Shown: positions 28,383 through 37,150 of the stretch, piece by piece
Layout: each line of letters opens with the position of its first letter
Numbering within the stretch: the first letter of the stretch is position 1
Source of the DNA: an uncultured Spirochaetaceae bacterium
GTDB lineage: Bacteria > Spirochaetota > Spirochaetia > Sphaerochaetales > Sphaerochaetaceae
DNA length: 64,000 nucleotides
Assembly (NCBI GenBank): GCA_964473245.1
Contig: CAYYOL010000008.1
Coordinates: 1-64,000, forward strand
Reading direction: 5' to 3'
The notes under the pieces: generated by a model
What the model saw: the letters and a program-made list of their open reading frames with translations, nothing else
The model's database searches: none
Told to the model about the DNA's origin: nothing
Position numbers and translations under genes: made by a program

Positions 28383-29636
28383 CTATTGGTGTCTGAGACA
28401 TGACGGAATATCCTGTTTCGTGGCTCGTCTGGTGGGGAACCACGAGACGATCACCGATAATAGTATTCCCATGGTGAATGTGGTGAGAATTCCGCGAACA
28501 TGCCATGTCCCACGGAATATGCTTTGTATACGATAGCCGAGATCCATCTCTCGCATGAGAAATCCAAAATCTATCCCGTAGTGGACAAGGTAGAGATTTG
28601 CAAGTATTCCTGCCGCGGTCCCTACGAGTGAACCGAGTAGGCCGATGCCTGCCGATTCCAGAATGAACAGGAGATGTATCTGCCGGTCACTCATGCCCAG
28701 TGCCCGCATCATTCCCAACTCTCGTACCCGTTCATTGATCGCCATGATCATGGTGTTCGAGATTCCCACAGCGGCGATGAGGAATACGAGGAACAGTATA
28801 ACCGATGAGGATCCGGTCTCAGCCTCGATCATGGCTATGTAGTCGCTTGCCATTTCGTCCCAGCTTAAGACCGTCAATGGAGCACCCGAGGCGGCCATGA
28901 GTGTGCCTATTAGCTCTTTTTCATGAGAGATGTCTGCAGAATCGGGCAGGGCTATGGCAATCTCGGTCGCCAGGCCCTCCATAGCAAGGTAGTCACTGAT
29001 CGTATCGATTGGAACAAGGAGAAGTGATCGGTTCACATTCGGATTCGGACAATTCACGATACCGACTATCTTCATGTCCATGGCTTCGAAGAATCCGCCG
29101 TTCCCACGGGTCACAAGGGTAACCCAGTAGCCAACCTCAGCGTTGATATCTTCTGCCATCCAGGAACCAATGACCATCTCGTTGCTCCCCATCTCGGGGT
29201 AACGACCAGTCATGAGGGTCTGTTCCAGATCGAAGACCGTACTATCAAGGGCTGTGTCGATAGCGGTGACCTGAACTGGGATGTTTCCATCCTCTCCAAA
29301 ATCCTCACTGTAGAGGATGAGATCTGCAGAGAAGCGGGTGCGTGGAGTCGCGCGATAACCGGCATCGTGCAATTCGGTTACCCGATCGTAGGGTTGAGGA
29401 ACCGAAACATCGAGCGGCATGAGAATTCTGTCCTCCCAATACTCGGTATGCATGACTTTCAACGATGCCGTTTCGTACTGCTTGAGGTTACGAACCGACT
29501 CACGGTCGATACCGACAAGGAGTGAGTCTATCATCAGAAACAGCATGAGTCCGACTCCAATCACCGTCGCGGTTATGAGCGTTCTGCGGCGGTATCGAGA
29601 GAGATTCTTGACTGCCAGCAGCATGAGGAACTTCAT
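28383..29636 (-). CDS. ABC transporter permease, FtsX/LolCE family (paralog B)
   Basis: 417-aa paralog of the ORF at 26435-27688. Confidence 0.85.
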   Translation of the reverse strand: MKFLMLLAVKNLSRYRRRTLITATVIGVGLMLFLMIDSLLVGIDRESVRNLKQYETASLKVMHTEYWEDRILMPLDVSVPQPYDRVTELHDAGYRATPRTRFSADLILYSEDFGEDGNIPVQVTAIDTALDSTVFDLEQTLMTGRYPEMGSNEMVIGSWMAEDINAEVGYWVTLVTRGNGGFFEAMDMKIVGIVNCPNPNVNRSLLLVPIDTISDYLAMEGLATEIAIALPDSADISHEKELIGTLMAASGAPLTVLSWDEMASDYIAMIEAETGSSSVILFLVFLIAAVGISNTMIMAINERVRELGMMRALGMSDRQIHLLFILESAGIGLLGSLVGTAAGILANLYLVHYGIDFGFLMREMDLGYRIQSIFRGTWHVRGILTTFTMGILLSVIVSWFPTRRATKQDIPSCLRHQ

Positions 29637-29642
29637 GGTCTC

Positions 29643-30749
29643 CTACTCCTTCGACTCGGGTTCGTCTTTTGGGACTATCTCCGGGTGTTCACTTTGCAAC
29701 TTTTGCAGTGCGGCACTCCCAAGTACCGTTCCAAGGTTCATATTGTCCAGGATCGATGCCGGCATGAGCATCATCGAATTGTTTCTTCGGATTCCCTCGT
29801 ATACCATGTTCATGGCACGAAGCTGCAGTGCGGTCGGGTTGTGTGCATACATCTTTGCCGCCTCTTCGAACTGTTTCGCGATCTCGACCTCGGCTGCTGC
29901 GAGAATGACCCGTGAACGCTTCTCGCGTTCAGCTTGCGCCTGCTTGCTCAATGCATCTTCGAGCTCTTTCGGTATGATGATATCGGTGATTTCGATCGAG
30001 AGGATCGTGACGCCCCACGGATTCGTCTTCGCATCGAGTGCCTGTTGGATCTCTCTTCCGAGTTCCTCTCGTTCACTGAGCAGTGAACCGAGCTCATGCT
30101 TCCCTATGGCGTCGCGCAACGCAGTCTGAGCCGAAAGGATGACCGCCTCCATGTAGTGTTCCACCTCGAGTACCGCATGCTTGGCATCCCAGATCATCCA
30201 GAAAGCCAAAGCATCGACATGCACAGGCACGGTATCGCGGGTGAGTGTCTTCTCTGCACTAAAGTCGGTTGCCCGTATTCTTGTATCCACGAACTCTGCG
30301 ATTCGGTCGATCAATGGAAGCAGTATGTGCAAACCTGGTCCGTATACGCGGCGGTATTTACCCATTCGGAGCACGACCACCTTGTCCCAATGCAACACCA
30401 GCTGAATCGAAGCAGAGATGAATAGTCCGAGGGTGCCTGCAATTCCTAATGGATAGAGATCGGCTGTGAATTGTCCGAACAATATGAGCCAGATAACAAC
30501 CGCGAGCAGGATGATCGTTGACCACATGGGGACAATGGCAATCAGGATCGAGGCGATGAGTATTGTCACCGCCATGGATATGACCTGCATAGTGGGGACC
30601 AAGGGGAACATGGTTGTCTGCACCCAGATGCCGAGCCCTATGAAGATCGCAAGTATGAAGAATGAGACTGCTCCATATGCGAAATCCTTGTTCAGTGAGA
30701 ACTGTTGCAGGTTCTTGATCCGTTCATATTTCTTGGTGAATAGGTTCAT
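29643..30749 (-). CDS. SPFH/band-7 (stomatin/prohibitin-like) protein with extended multi-TM N-terminus
   Basis: The SPFH core (…YGPGLHILLPLIDR…) and a coiled-coil tail are preceded by about 120 aa containing 3-4 hydrophobic helices. The gene overlaps the GntR gene's stop by 4 nt. Confidence 0.8.
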   Translation of the reverse strand: MNLFTKKYERIKNLQQFSLNKDFAYGAVSFFILAIFIGLGIWVQTTMFPLVPTMQVISMAVTILIASILIAIVPMWSTIILLAVVIWLILFGQFTADLYPLGIAGTLGLFISASIQLVLHWDKVVVLRMGKYRRVYGPGLHILLPLIDRIAEFVDTRIRATDFSAEKTLTRDTVPVHVDALAFWMIWDAKHAVLEVEHYMEAVILSAQTALRDAIGKHELGSLLSEREELGREIQQALDAKTNPWGVTILSIEITDIIIPKELEDALSKQAQAEREKRSRVILAAAEVEIAKQFEEAAKMYAHNPTALQLRAMNMVYEGIRRNNSMMLMPASILDNMNLGTVLGSAALQKLQSEHPEIVPKDEPESKE

Positions 30750-31168
30750 GCTTCTCCTCCTTTTTGTAATGTATCGCTCCCCAACTCCTGAATGTGGGCG
30801 AGTATCTCCTCCAGCGTGAATCCGTAGGAGGCTGCCTTGGTTATGTATGTCCGGGTGATCTCAGTGAGAATCCGTTCCCGCTCAATGGAGTCGATGGAGA
30901 TTTGTTTATCGCTGATGAAGGTTCCCGAGCCCTGTTGTGTCACGACGATGTTCCGAATTTCCATCTCGTTGTAGGCACGGGCAACCGTGTTTGGATTGAT
31001 GCTGAGGTCAACTGCTAGGCTACGGACTGTAGGGAGACGCTCACCTTTCGAGAGACGTCCATCTGCAATGGCCATTTCGACTTGCAAGATGATCTGTTTG
31101 TAGTATGGCACCCCGCTTTTAGGATCCAATGTGAACGTGAGGGTCTTCTGTTCCACCACCTTTGTCAT
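30746..31168 (-). CDS. GntR family transcriptional regulator, YtrA subfamily
   Basis: 140-aa ORF with a winged HTH (…GERLPTVRSLAVDLSINPNTVARAYNEME…) and the short C-terminal domain typical of YtrA-type regulators of ABC-transporter operons. Confidence 0.85.
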   Translation of the reverse strand: MTKVVEQKTLTFTLDPKSGVPYYKQIILQVEMAIADGRLSKGERLPTVRSLAVDLSINPNTVARAYNEMEIRNIVVTQQGSGTFISDKQISIDSIERERILTEITRTYITKAASYGFTLEEILAHIQELGSDTLQKGGEA

Positions 31169-31192
31169 AACATAATCCCTTTTTCAACTAGA

Positions 31193-31229
31193 ATTGTATT
31201 AGTGTATTAGTACAATGTCAATACACAAA
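31193..31229. promoter_or_regulatory. operator-like repeats in the divergent ytrA/rhodanese promoter region
   Basis: ATTGTA…TACAAT inverted repeat enclosing a tandem GTATTAGT GTATTAGT, followed by CAATACACAA. Located 35-70 bp upstream of the YtrA-type regulator start. Confidence 0.3.
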
Positions 31230-31334
31230 TTCTCCCTTTACTGAAATAATCGGGTATTTTTTCTTGTCGATGAAACTTGACGCCCGTTCGATTGTTCTTC
31301 ATAGTACTACGAAGCATGCAAGAAGGAGCTGATT

Positions 31335-31775
31335 ATGCGTTCCAAAAAAGCAGCGGTTATCGTGGGAATGATCCTGATCATTGCTCTTGCCTCCTGCACC
31401 GTGAATTTCAGTGCATCGGGTCGGGCAGAAGGATTTGATATGGCCACTGCTGTAACCGCTCAATATAGAAAGATCTCTCCACAATTGGCGAAGGAGATGA
31501 TGGACTCTGGCGATCCACTTACGATTGTGGATGTCAGAACCCCTGCAGAATATGCCCAAGGACACATTCAAGGAGCAATTCTTGTTCCGAATGAGACCAT
31601 TTCCACCGAGCACCGACCCGAAGAGCTGCCCGATACACAGGCAACGGTATTGGTATACTGTAGAAGTGGTAGTAGAAGTGCACAAGCTGCACGAAAACTC
31701 GTTTCACTCGGATATGTGAATGTCTACGACTTCGGGGGTGTCATCGATTGGCCCTATGAACTAACGACACAGTAG
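31335..31775 (+). CDS. rhodanese-domain lipoprotein (sulfurtransferase)
   Basis: Signal peptide with lipobox (IALASC) and a rhodanese active-site loop CRSGSRS. Confidence 0.8.
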   Translation: MRSKKAAVIVGMILIIALASCTVNFSASGRAEGFDMATAVTAQYRKISPQLAKEMMDSGDPLTIVDVRTPAEYAQGHIQGAILVPNETISTEHRPEELPDTQATVLVYCRSGSRSAQAARKLVSLGYVNVYDFGGVIDWPYELTTQ

Positions 31776-31781
31776 AGCCCC

Positions 31782-33674
31782 ATGGTATTACTGTCGATTG
31801 AAAACATCGCGAAGACACTCAAGGACGCTCCTCTGTTCGAAGGGGTGACTTTTGGTATGAACGAAGGGGAGCGGATAGGGCTGGTCGGTCCAAATGGATG
31901 CGGTAAGAGTACCTTCTTGAAGATTCTTGCTGGGAGCATGCAGTCCGATGCAGGAACAATAGCAACAGCTCGAGGTTTGACCGTCTCCCTGCTCGACCAG
32001 CAGCCGCTGTTCTCAACTGGCCAGCGGGTATCCGAATTTCTATTCGAGAGTGCTCATCCGACTGTGGACTTGCTGAAATCGTACCATAGGCTATTGGCCG
32101 ATCATCCGCTCGATACCGAAGCTGGAGCGGCAAAACTGCATACTGCGATGGAGGAGATCGAATCGGTCCATGGGTGGGATATCGAGACACGGTATGCCTC
32201 CTTTCTCAGTGAGCTGCAGGGGCCCGCGATGGACGCGACCATGGATACACTCTCCGGTGGCATGATTCGAAAAGTCGCTATAGCGAGAGTCTTTGCCGTA
32301 AAACCTGATGTCGTGTTGTTGGATGAACCTACGAACCATCTAGATATCGCGACGATCCAGTGGTTAGAGCGGTATCTGGTTCAACAGCAGTGTTCAGCGA
32401 TACTGGTCACCCATGATCGGTATCTGCTGGATCATGTCTGTACCTCGATTTTCGAGTTCGACCGTGGGCGAGTATTTACGCATCCGGGATCATATAGTCA
32501 GTTCCTGCAGAGAAGGGCTGATCGCCTTTCGAATGAACAGGCGGAACAGAATCGTCTGAAGACTGTCCTACGTAGAGAGATGGAGTGGCTGTCCAGAGGC
32601 CCAAAGGCCCGAGCCGGGAAAGATTCGGGGAGAAAAGCCAGAATCGTCGCCATGCAGCAATCTCTTTCTGATGCCGCCGAACAAGCAGCCGCGTTTACGT
32701 CGCTGCAGAGCCGGATGGGCAAGAAGATCCTCGATCTAGAGGGTGTCGGGAAAGTCTATCAGGACAAGACCGTGGTCAAGCCGTTCTCACACAGCTTTTT
32801 GAAAGGTGATCGAGTGGGGCTGATCGGCCCGAACGGGAGTGGAAAGACTACCGTATTGGACATGATCGTGGGGAGAGTGAAGCCCGACTTCGGTGTCATA
32901 GATACAGGAGTGAACACTGTATTCGGGTACTATGACCAACTCGATTCGTTCATGGATCGAAGCAAAACAGTGCTGGAACATATCAGTGAAATTGCAGACG
33001 AGGTCACCATTGGTCCTGGTGAGACGATGAGTGCGGCGAGATTTCTCGAATTCTTCGGGTTTCCCACATCGTTCCATCGAATAGAGATTGCCCGGCTCAG
33101 CGGGGGAGAACGGAGAAGGCTCCATCTTATCGAGGTCCTGCTCCATTCACCCAATTTCCTGTTGCTCGATGAACCCACCAACGATCTCGATATTGACACG
33201 ATTCGCAGACTGGAGGAGTATCTCATCGATTTTACCGGGTGTGTACTCGTCGTCTCTCACGACCGGGCATTCCTTGACCGCATTGCAGATACCTTGTTCG
33301 TTTTTTCAAGCGATGGTGGTATCGAAAAGTTTGCCGGATCGTATTCCGACTATGCTTCAAGTGAACTGGCAATCGCCGCTACTCAGGCCGAAAAGCAGGT
33401 TCAGAAGCCGACAGAGACGAAACAGAACCGGTCGGTGAAACGTGACAGAAAAAGGCGGCTTACGTTCAACGAACAGAAAGAGTTTGGAACCATTGTGGAC
33501 GAAATTGAACTTCTCGAGCAGCGCATTAGTGTTTTAGAGATGAGCTTTTCCGATCCAGAGGCACCTGCAGAGACTCTCGCCGATCGAACTCAAGAGTACC
33601 ATGAGGCACGCCAATTGCTAGAGGATAAGATGGAGCGGTGGGAATTCCTTGCTCAACTAGCAGAGGAGTCTTGA
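31782..33674 (+). CDS. ABC-F family ATPase (tandem NBDs, no TM domain)
   Basis: 630-aa ORF with two Walker A motifs (GPNGCGKST; GPNGSGKTT), two LSGG signatures, an inter-domain linker and a coiled-coil C-terminus. Confidence 0.9.
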   Translation: MVLLSIENIAKTLKDAPLFEGVTFGMNEGERIGLVGPNGCGKSTFLKILAGSMQSDAGTIATARGLTVSLLDQQPLFSTGQRVSEFLFESAHPTVDLLKSYHRLLADHPLDTEAGAAKLHTAMEEIESVHGWDIETRYASFLSELQGPAMDATMDTLSGGMIRKVAIARVFAVKPDVVLLDEPTNHLDIATIQWLERYLVQQQCSAILVTHDRYLLDHVCTSIFEFDRGRVFTHPGSYSQFLQRRADRLSNEQAEQNRLKTVLRREMEWLSRGPKARAGKDSGRKARIVAMQQSLSDAAEQAAAFTSLQSRMGKKILDLEGVGKVYQDKTVVKPFSHSFLKGDRVGLIGPNGSGKTTVLDMIVGRVKPDFGVIDTGVNTVFGYYDQLDSFMDRSKTVLEHISEIADEVTIGPGETMSAARFLEFFGFPTSFHRIEIARLSGGERRRLHLIEVLLHSPNFLLLDEPTNDLDIDTIRRLEEYLIDFTGCVLVVSHDRAFLDRIADTLFVFSSDGGIEKFAGSYSDYASSELAIAATQAEKQVQKPTETKQNRSVKRDRKRRLTFNEQKEFGTIVDEIELLEQRISVLEMSFSDPEAPAETLADRTQEYHEARQLLEDKMERWEFLAQLAEES

Positions 33675-34597
33675 CTGCTTCCGGTAGTGGCCGTTCGTCG
33701 ATTTGTAGCTTTTCGCATCTCCCAGGTTGAGAAGAGCAAAAGCCCCGCCACGACAGCCGAGTAGCCGAGGGCACCGATTCCACGTAATCGCTCCTGGAGA
33801 ATCAGAATACCGAGAAATGAGGCGGTGATTGGTTCGGTGAGTCCATAGAGGAATGCATGACTGGCAGGAATCTTTCTGGCTCCGGTGGTGAATAGCCAGT
33901 AGGGGATCGCCGAGGAGAGTAGGCCAAGTGCCAGCACGAGAATCAGTGAGTTCGGTTCGCGTGCCCAGGAGAGATCCCCCACGAGTGCAAAGGGGAGCAT
34001 GAACAGGGACGATGCTCCCATGACTGCACAAGCAGACTCCAGTGGCGACGCGACTGACTGCATGTTTCGAAGCATGGTCCCTACTATTGTCCAACCTGCG
34101 CCGGCAGTGAGGGCGAACAGACTGCCGAGGAGGAGCCGGCTGCCCACCCCTTCGATAGTCTGTTCGGATAGCGCCATGAGCGCACAGCCGGCTGCTATGA
34201 TAATCGATGAGACGAGCCATGAAACACTCTGCCGTTCTCTCTTGACCAGCTGTGCATAGACTCCGCTGAACAGTGGCGGTGTGCCGATAAAGATCATGGT
34301 AGCGATGGTGACTCCGGCAGTTCTTATCCCGAGGTAGAGTGTAGCTTGGGCCACAGCCAGAGCTACCGCCCCGACGAGCAGATTCCGTTTCGAGAATCGT
34401 ATTCCACGGGTGAACACTCGTCCCCTGTGGGTGAGTGCCAAGACACATGCTATGCCAAGAGCACCGATACCGAGGCGAAGAGCTCCTACCGTGAGCGAAG
34501 AGATAGTCTTTGGAAGGAAAGAAGCTATGGTTCCGTAGGTGCCCCAGCAGACTCCGGATAGGAGCACCATGATCGCTCCGGTTATCGATTCATGCAT
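33653..34597 (-). CDS. DMT superfamily (EamA-like) transporter
   Basis: 314-aa ORF with 10 TM helices and duplicated EamA halves. Confidence 0.8.
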   Translation of the reverse strand: MHESITGAIMVLLSGVCWGTYGTIASFLPKTISSLTVGALRLGIGALGIACVLALTHRGRVFTRGIRFSKRNLLVGAVALAVAQATLYLGIRTAGVTIATMIFIGTPPLFSGVYAQLVKRERQSVSWLVSSIIIAAGCALMALSEQTIEGVGSRLLLGSLFALTAGAGWTIVGTMLRNMQSVASPLESACAVMGASSLFMLPFALVGDLSWAREPNSLILVLALGLLSSAIPYWLFTTGARKIPASHAFLYGLTEPITASFLGILILQERLRGIGALGYSAVVAGLLLFSTWEMRKATNRRTATTGSSQDSSAS

Positions 34598-34787
34598 GAG
34601 CAGAAGGGTACAGCGCTACGGTGGGTCTGTCAATGAAAACGAAAAAGGTGCGTTCAGTATTGTGTTTTCGGATCTACTTGCAGCCTCCAGCATGGGACAA
34701 ATCGCTGGGATGAACTTACAATCACCTAGTTTTCACAATCTGAATCAGCACCTTTTTACCACGAAAATCGTAAAGATAATCGTACCG

Positions 34788-34830
34788 GTTTGGCTTTAGC
34801 AGGAATCGAACCTATCCGAAGTCACCAGAC
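34788..34830 (-). other. orphan tRNA 3'-end fragment (T-arm + acceptor 3' strand), not an intact tRNA
   Basis: The minus strand reads …GTGAC TTCGG ATAGG TTCGATT CCTGC TAAAGCC A. GGTTCGATTCC is the canonical T-loop and it is followed by a 7-nt acceptor strand plus discriminator. There is no matching 5' acceptor strand, D-arm or anticodon arm within 100 nt upstream. Confidence 0.35.
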
Positions 34831-35070
34831 TTAACCACTGTTCTTGTTATGAAGATAACGAAAATTCCGGGAAGAGTCAATGGGTTTTTGAAATAACTCA
34901 AAAAACACCAGCGAAATATTGTGTATGCAGATGGATAATATTGCATATCCACACTGGTGATGGTACTGTCTTTCATGCGTCTCAAACAGCGTTGGAGCGC
35001 TCCAAGATTGCTTCACAAGAGAGACACTGATGTATCTGGTAGGCAAGAGAACTGGATATAGGAGGCGCAG

Positions 35071-36330
35071 ATGACAGGAATTCAGAAGTTGCGAGCAGAG
35101 ATCCGATTCGATATGGTAAGAAAACCGGTTCGGCAACGGGGATTCCTTAGGCCGCTTACGTGGATTCTCAGCTTTCCCGCAGTCTGGAAACGAAAGTTGA
35201 AGATCGACAAGGTTCGTATGGATGGACTCAAGCCTCCCTATCTCCTGCTGTGTACGCACCATGCATTCATGGATTTCAAAGTGACTACCGCGGCAATTTT
35301 CCCCCATCGGGCCAACTATGTGGTCGCTATAGATGGATTCATAGGAAGAGAGTGGTTGCTCAGGCAAGCTGGAGGTATCTGCAAGCGGAAGTTCACCAAT
35401 GATGTCCAGCTCATTAGACAGATACGACACGTCCTAATGAAACAAGGAGATATTCTAGCGCTCTATCCAGAAGCCCGATACTCGCTTATCGGAACGAATG
35501 CCGTACTGCCCGAATCGTTGGGGAAGATGGCGAAACTGCTCGGTGTTCCTGTCGTGGTATTGAATATGCACGGGAATTACCTGCAGAGCCCCTGCTGGAA
35601 TCTGACTCCAAGGAAAAACCGCCTTGAGGCAGATCTGACGCAGATATTGACTCCGGAGGAGCTGAAAGGGGCTACGGTAAGCGAGATAAATACGGCAATA
35701 AACAAGGCCTTCGAGTATGACGAGTATCGTTGGCAGAAAGAGCAGGGTATCATCATAGATTATCCGAAACGAGCTGAGGGACTTCACCGGGTACTGTACC
35801 AGTGTCCACATTGCAAAACTGAGTATCGAATGAGCAGCAACGGTGCACAGATTATGTGCAACGCTTGTGGCAAGGTTTGGGAGATGAGCACCCTGGGAGA
35901 GTTGGAGGCAGTAAAGACTGCCACCGATGAGAAAGCATTGGCAACTGAATTTCCTCATATTCCCGATTGGTACGAATTTCAACGAGAGCAAGTACGAGAG
36001 GAGGTGCGTCAGGGTATCTACCATCTCACCTGTGATGTGACGGTGGATGCGCTACCGAATGCAAGGAAATATATTCGTTTGGGCACGGCGAAACTGACTC
36101 ACTCGATGACCGGGTTCACGTTGAAGGGCAATTTCGACGGAGAGGATTTCCTCCTCGAGAAGCCGGTTGCCAGCATGTATTCTTGCCATATCGAGTATGA
36201 CTATTTCGGAAAGGGAGATTGTATAGACCTCTCCACGCTAGATGATACATATTATATCTATCCCCACGGAACCGATTTCTCTGTCACGAAGATCGCCCTG
36301 GCAACCGAAGAGCTGTTCTATTCCAGGTGA
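35071..36330 (+). CDS. lysophospholipid acyltransferase (PlsC/LPLAT family) protein
   Basis: HX4D acyltransferase motif (CTHHAFMDF) followed by a large C-terminal extension containing a CPHC…CNAC zinc-ribbon-like pair. GGAGG ribosome-binding site upstream. Confidence 0.7.
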   Translation: MTGIQKLRAEIRFDMVRKPVRQRGFLRPLTWILSFPAVWKRKLKIDKVRMDGLKPPYLLLCTHHAFMDFKVTTAAIFPHRANYVVAIDGFIGREWLLRQAGGICKRKFTNDVQLIRQIRHVLMKQGDILALYPEARYSLIGTNAVLPESLGKMAKLLGVPVVVLNMHGNYLQSPCWNLTPRKNRLEADLTQILTPEELKGATVSEINTAINKAFEYDEYRWQKEQGIIIDYPKRAEGLHRVLYQCPHCKTEYRMSSNGAQIMCNACGKVWEMSTLGELEAVKTATDEKALATEFPHIPDWYEFQREQVREEVRQGIYHLTCDVTVDALPNARKYIRLGTAKLTHSMTGFTLKGNFDGEDFLLEKPVASMYSCHIEYDYFGKGDCIDLSTLDDTYYIYPHGTDFSVTKIALATEELFYSR

Positions 36331-36548
36331 TGGTCCTTGTCGGTTATTGTCTCGATCATGTAGAGAAACTCAGGGGCAGACATGTTGAATGCTTTACCAA
36401 GTCGCTCCACAGTAGAGAGGGTCGGGCTGTGGTCATCGCGGAGGATTTTGTAGATCTGCGATCGAGGCATACCCACCTGCTGGGCAAATTGGGTGACCGG
36501 GCAGTCGTATAACTGAAGTATCCTGTATAAGGCTTCGCCGATATCCAT
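36318..36548 (-). CDS. XRE-family helix-turn-helix transcriptional regulator
   Basis: 76-aa ORF. …QFAQQVGMPRSQIYKILRDDHSPTLSTVERLGKAFNMS… is a Cro/C1-type HTH. Confidence 0.7.
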   Translation of the reverse strand: MDIGEALYRILQLYDCPVTQFAQQVGMPRSQIYKILRDDHSPTLSTVERLGKAFNMSAPEFLYMIETITDKDHHLE

Positions 36549-36638
36549 GCAAGCATACTACCACGGCCATAGCCATACATATGGCGTTTCTCTCCGAATC
36601 GAGAATGAGGCAAACTGTTTTATCACTGAACAGGTAGA

Positions 36639-36968
36639 TTATTTTTCGAGAGCCGACTCATCCAGAACCGCGTCCGGTGCAGCTCTTCCAATGGCATCGA
36701 TACCATTCATGCAGCCGGACTTCGTCGCGTATCCCTCCTCAGCTATAGCAATATTCTGCCCATTCGCTGCCAAGAGTCGATACCGGTACTGGTTCGCATT
36801 GTCGAGATACACCTCATATTTCGGATACTTCTTTGCCTCGGGTTTTTGCAGTGTCTGATCCTCAACATGCGAACGAGCATTCTTCTTGATCGCTTCGATT
36901 CCGTCTCGGCAATTACGAAGACTGCTGTAGTTCTGACTGGTAAGTATCGTCTGTGAGTTCGCTGCCAA
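36639..36968 (-). CDS. YegP/DUF1508 (UPF0339) family protein
   Basis: Two copies of the YEVY-D--G-YRYRL-A-NG--I--SE-Y--K--C--GI motif. Confidence 0.7.
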   Translation of the reverse strand: MAANSQTILTSQNYSSLRNCRDGIEAIKKNARSHVEDQTLQKPEAKKYPKYEVYLDNANQYRYRLLAANGQNIAIAEEGYATKSGCMNGIDAIGRAAPDAVLDESALEK

Positions 36969-37150
36969 TAGACTGAACCTGAAAAACCCTTTTGGTGTCT
37001 TTTAAATAATGAACTTCGATGGCATGGATGCTCCTCCAAGTTGATTGTGGTCCCACCAGTATATCAGATAAAAATTATAACAGGTATAAAATTTTATTCA
37101 GTTCATCAATATGGCACAATCCGGCGTGGCATAGTTCACAAAAGTGGGTA

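Noticed and set aside
33657-34448. 263-aa minus-strand ORF in an alternative frame of the DMT transporter
   Set aside because: The other frame (33653-34597) gives a 10-TM EamA protein. This frame gives an Arg/Cys-rich non-protein-like sequence.
34740-34900. Possible intact tRNA gene
   Set aside because: Only a T-arm and the 3' acceptor strand are recognisable. I could not build a 5' acceptor strand, D-arm or 7-nt anticodon loop in either orientation. It is reported as a fragment and needs tRNAscan-SE.
34831-36024. 199-aa and 189-aa minus-strand ORFs (34831-35430, 35455-36024)
   Set aside because: They overlap the plus-strand acyltransferase gene, which has the HX4D motif and a ribosome-binding site. 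They have no supporting features.
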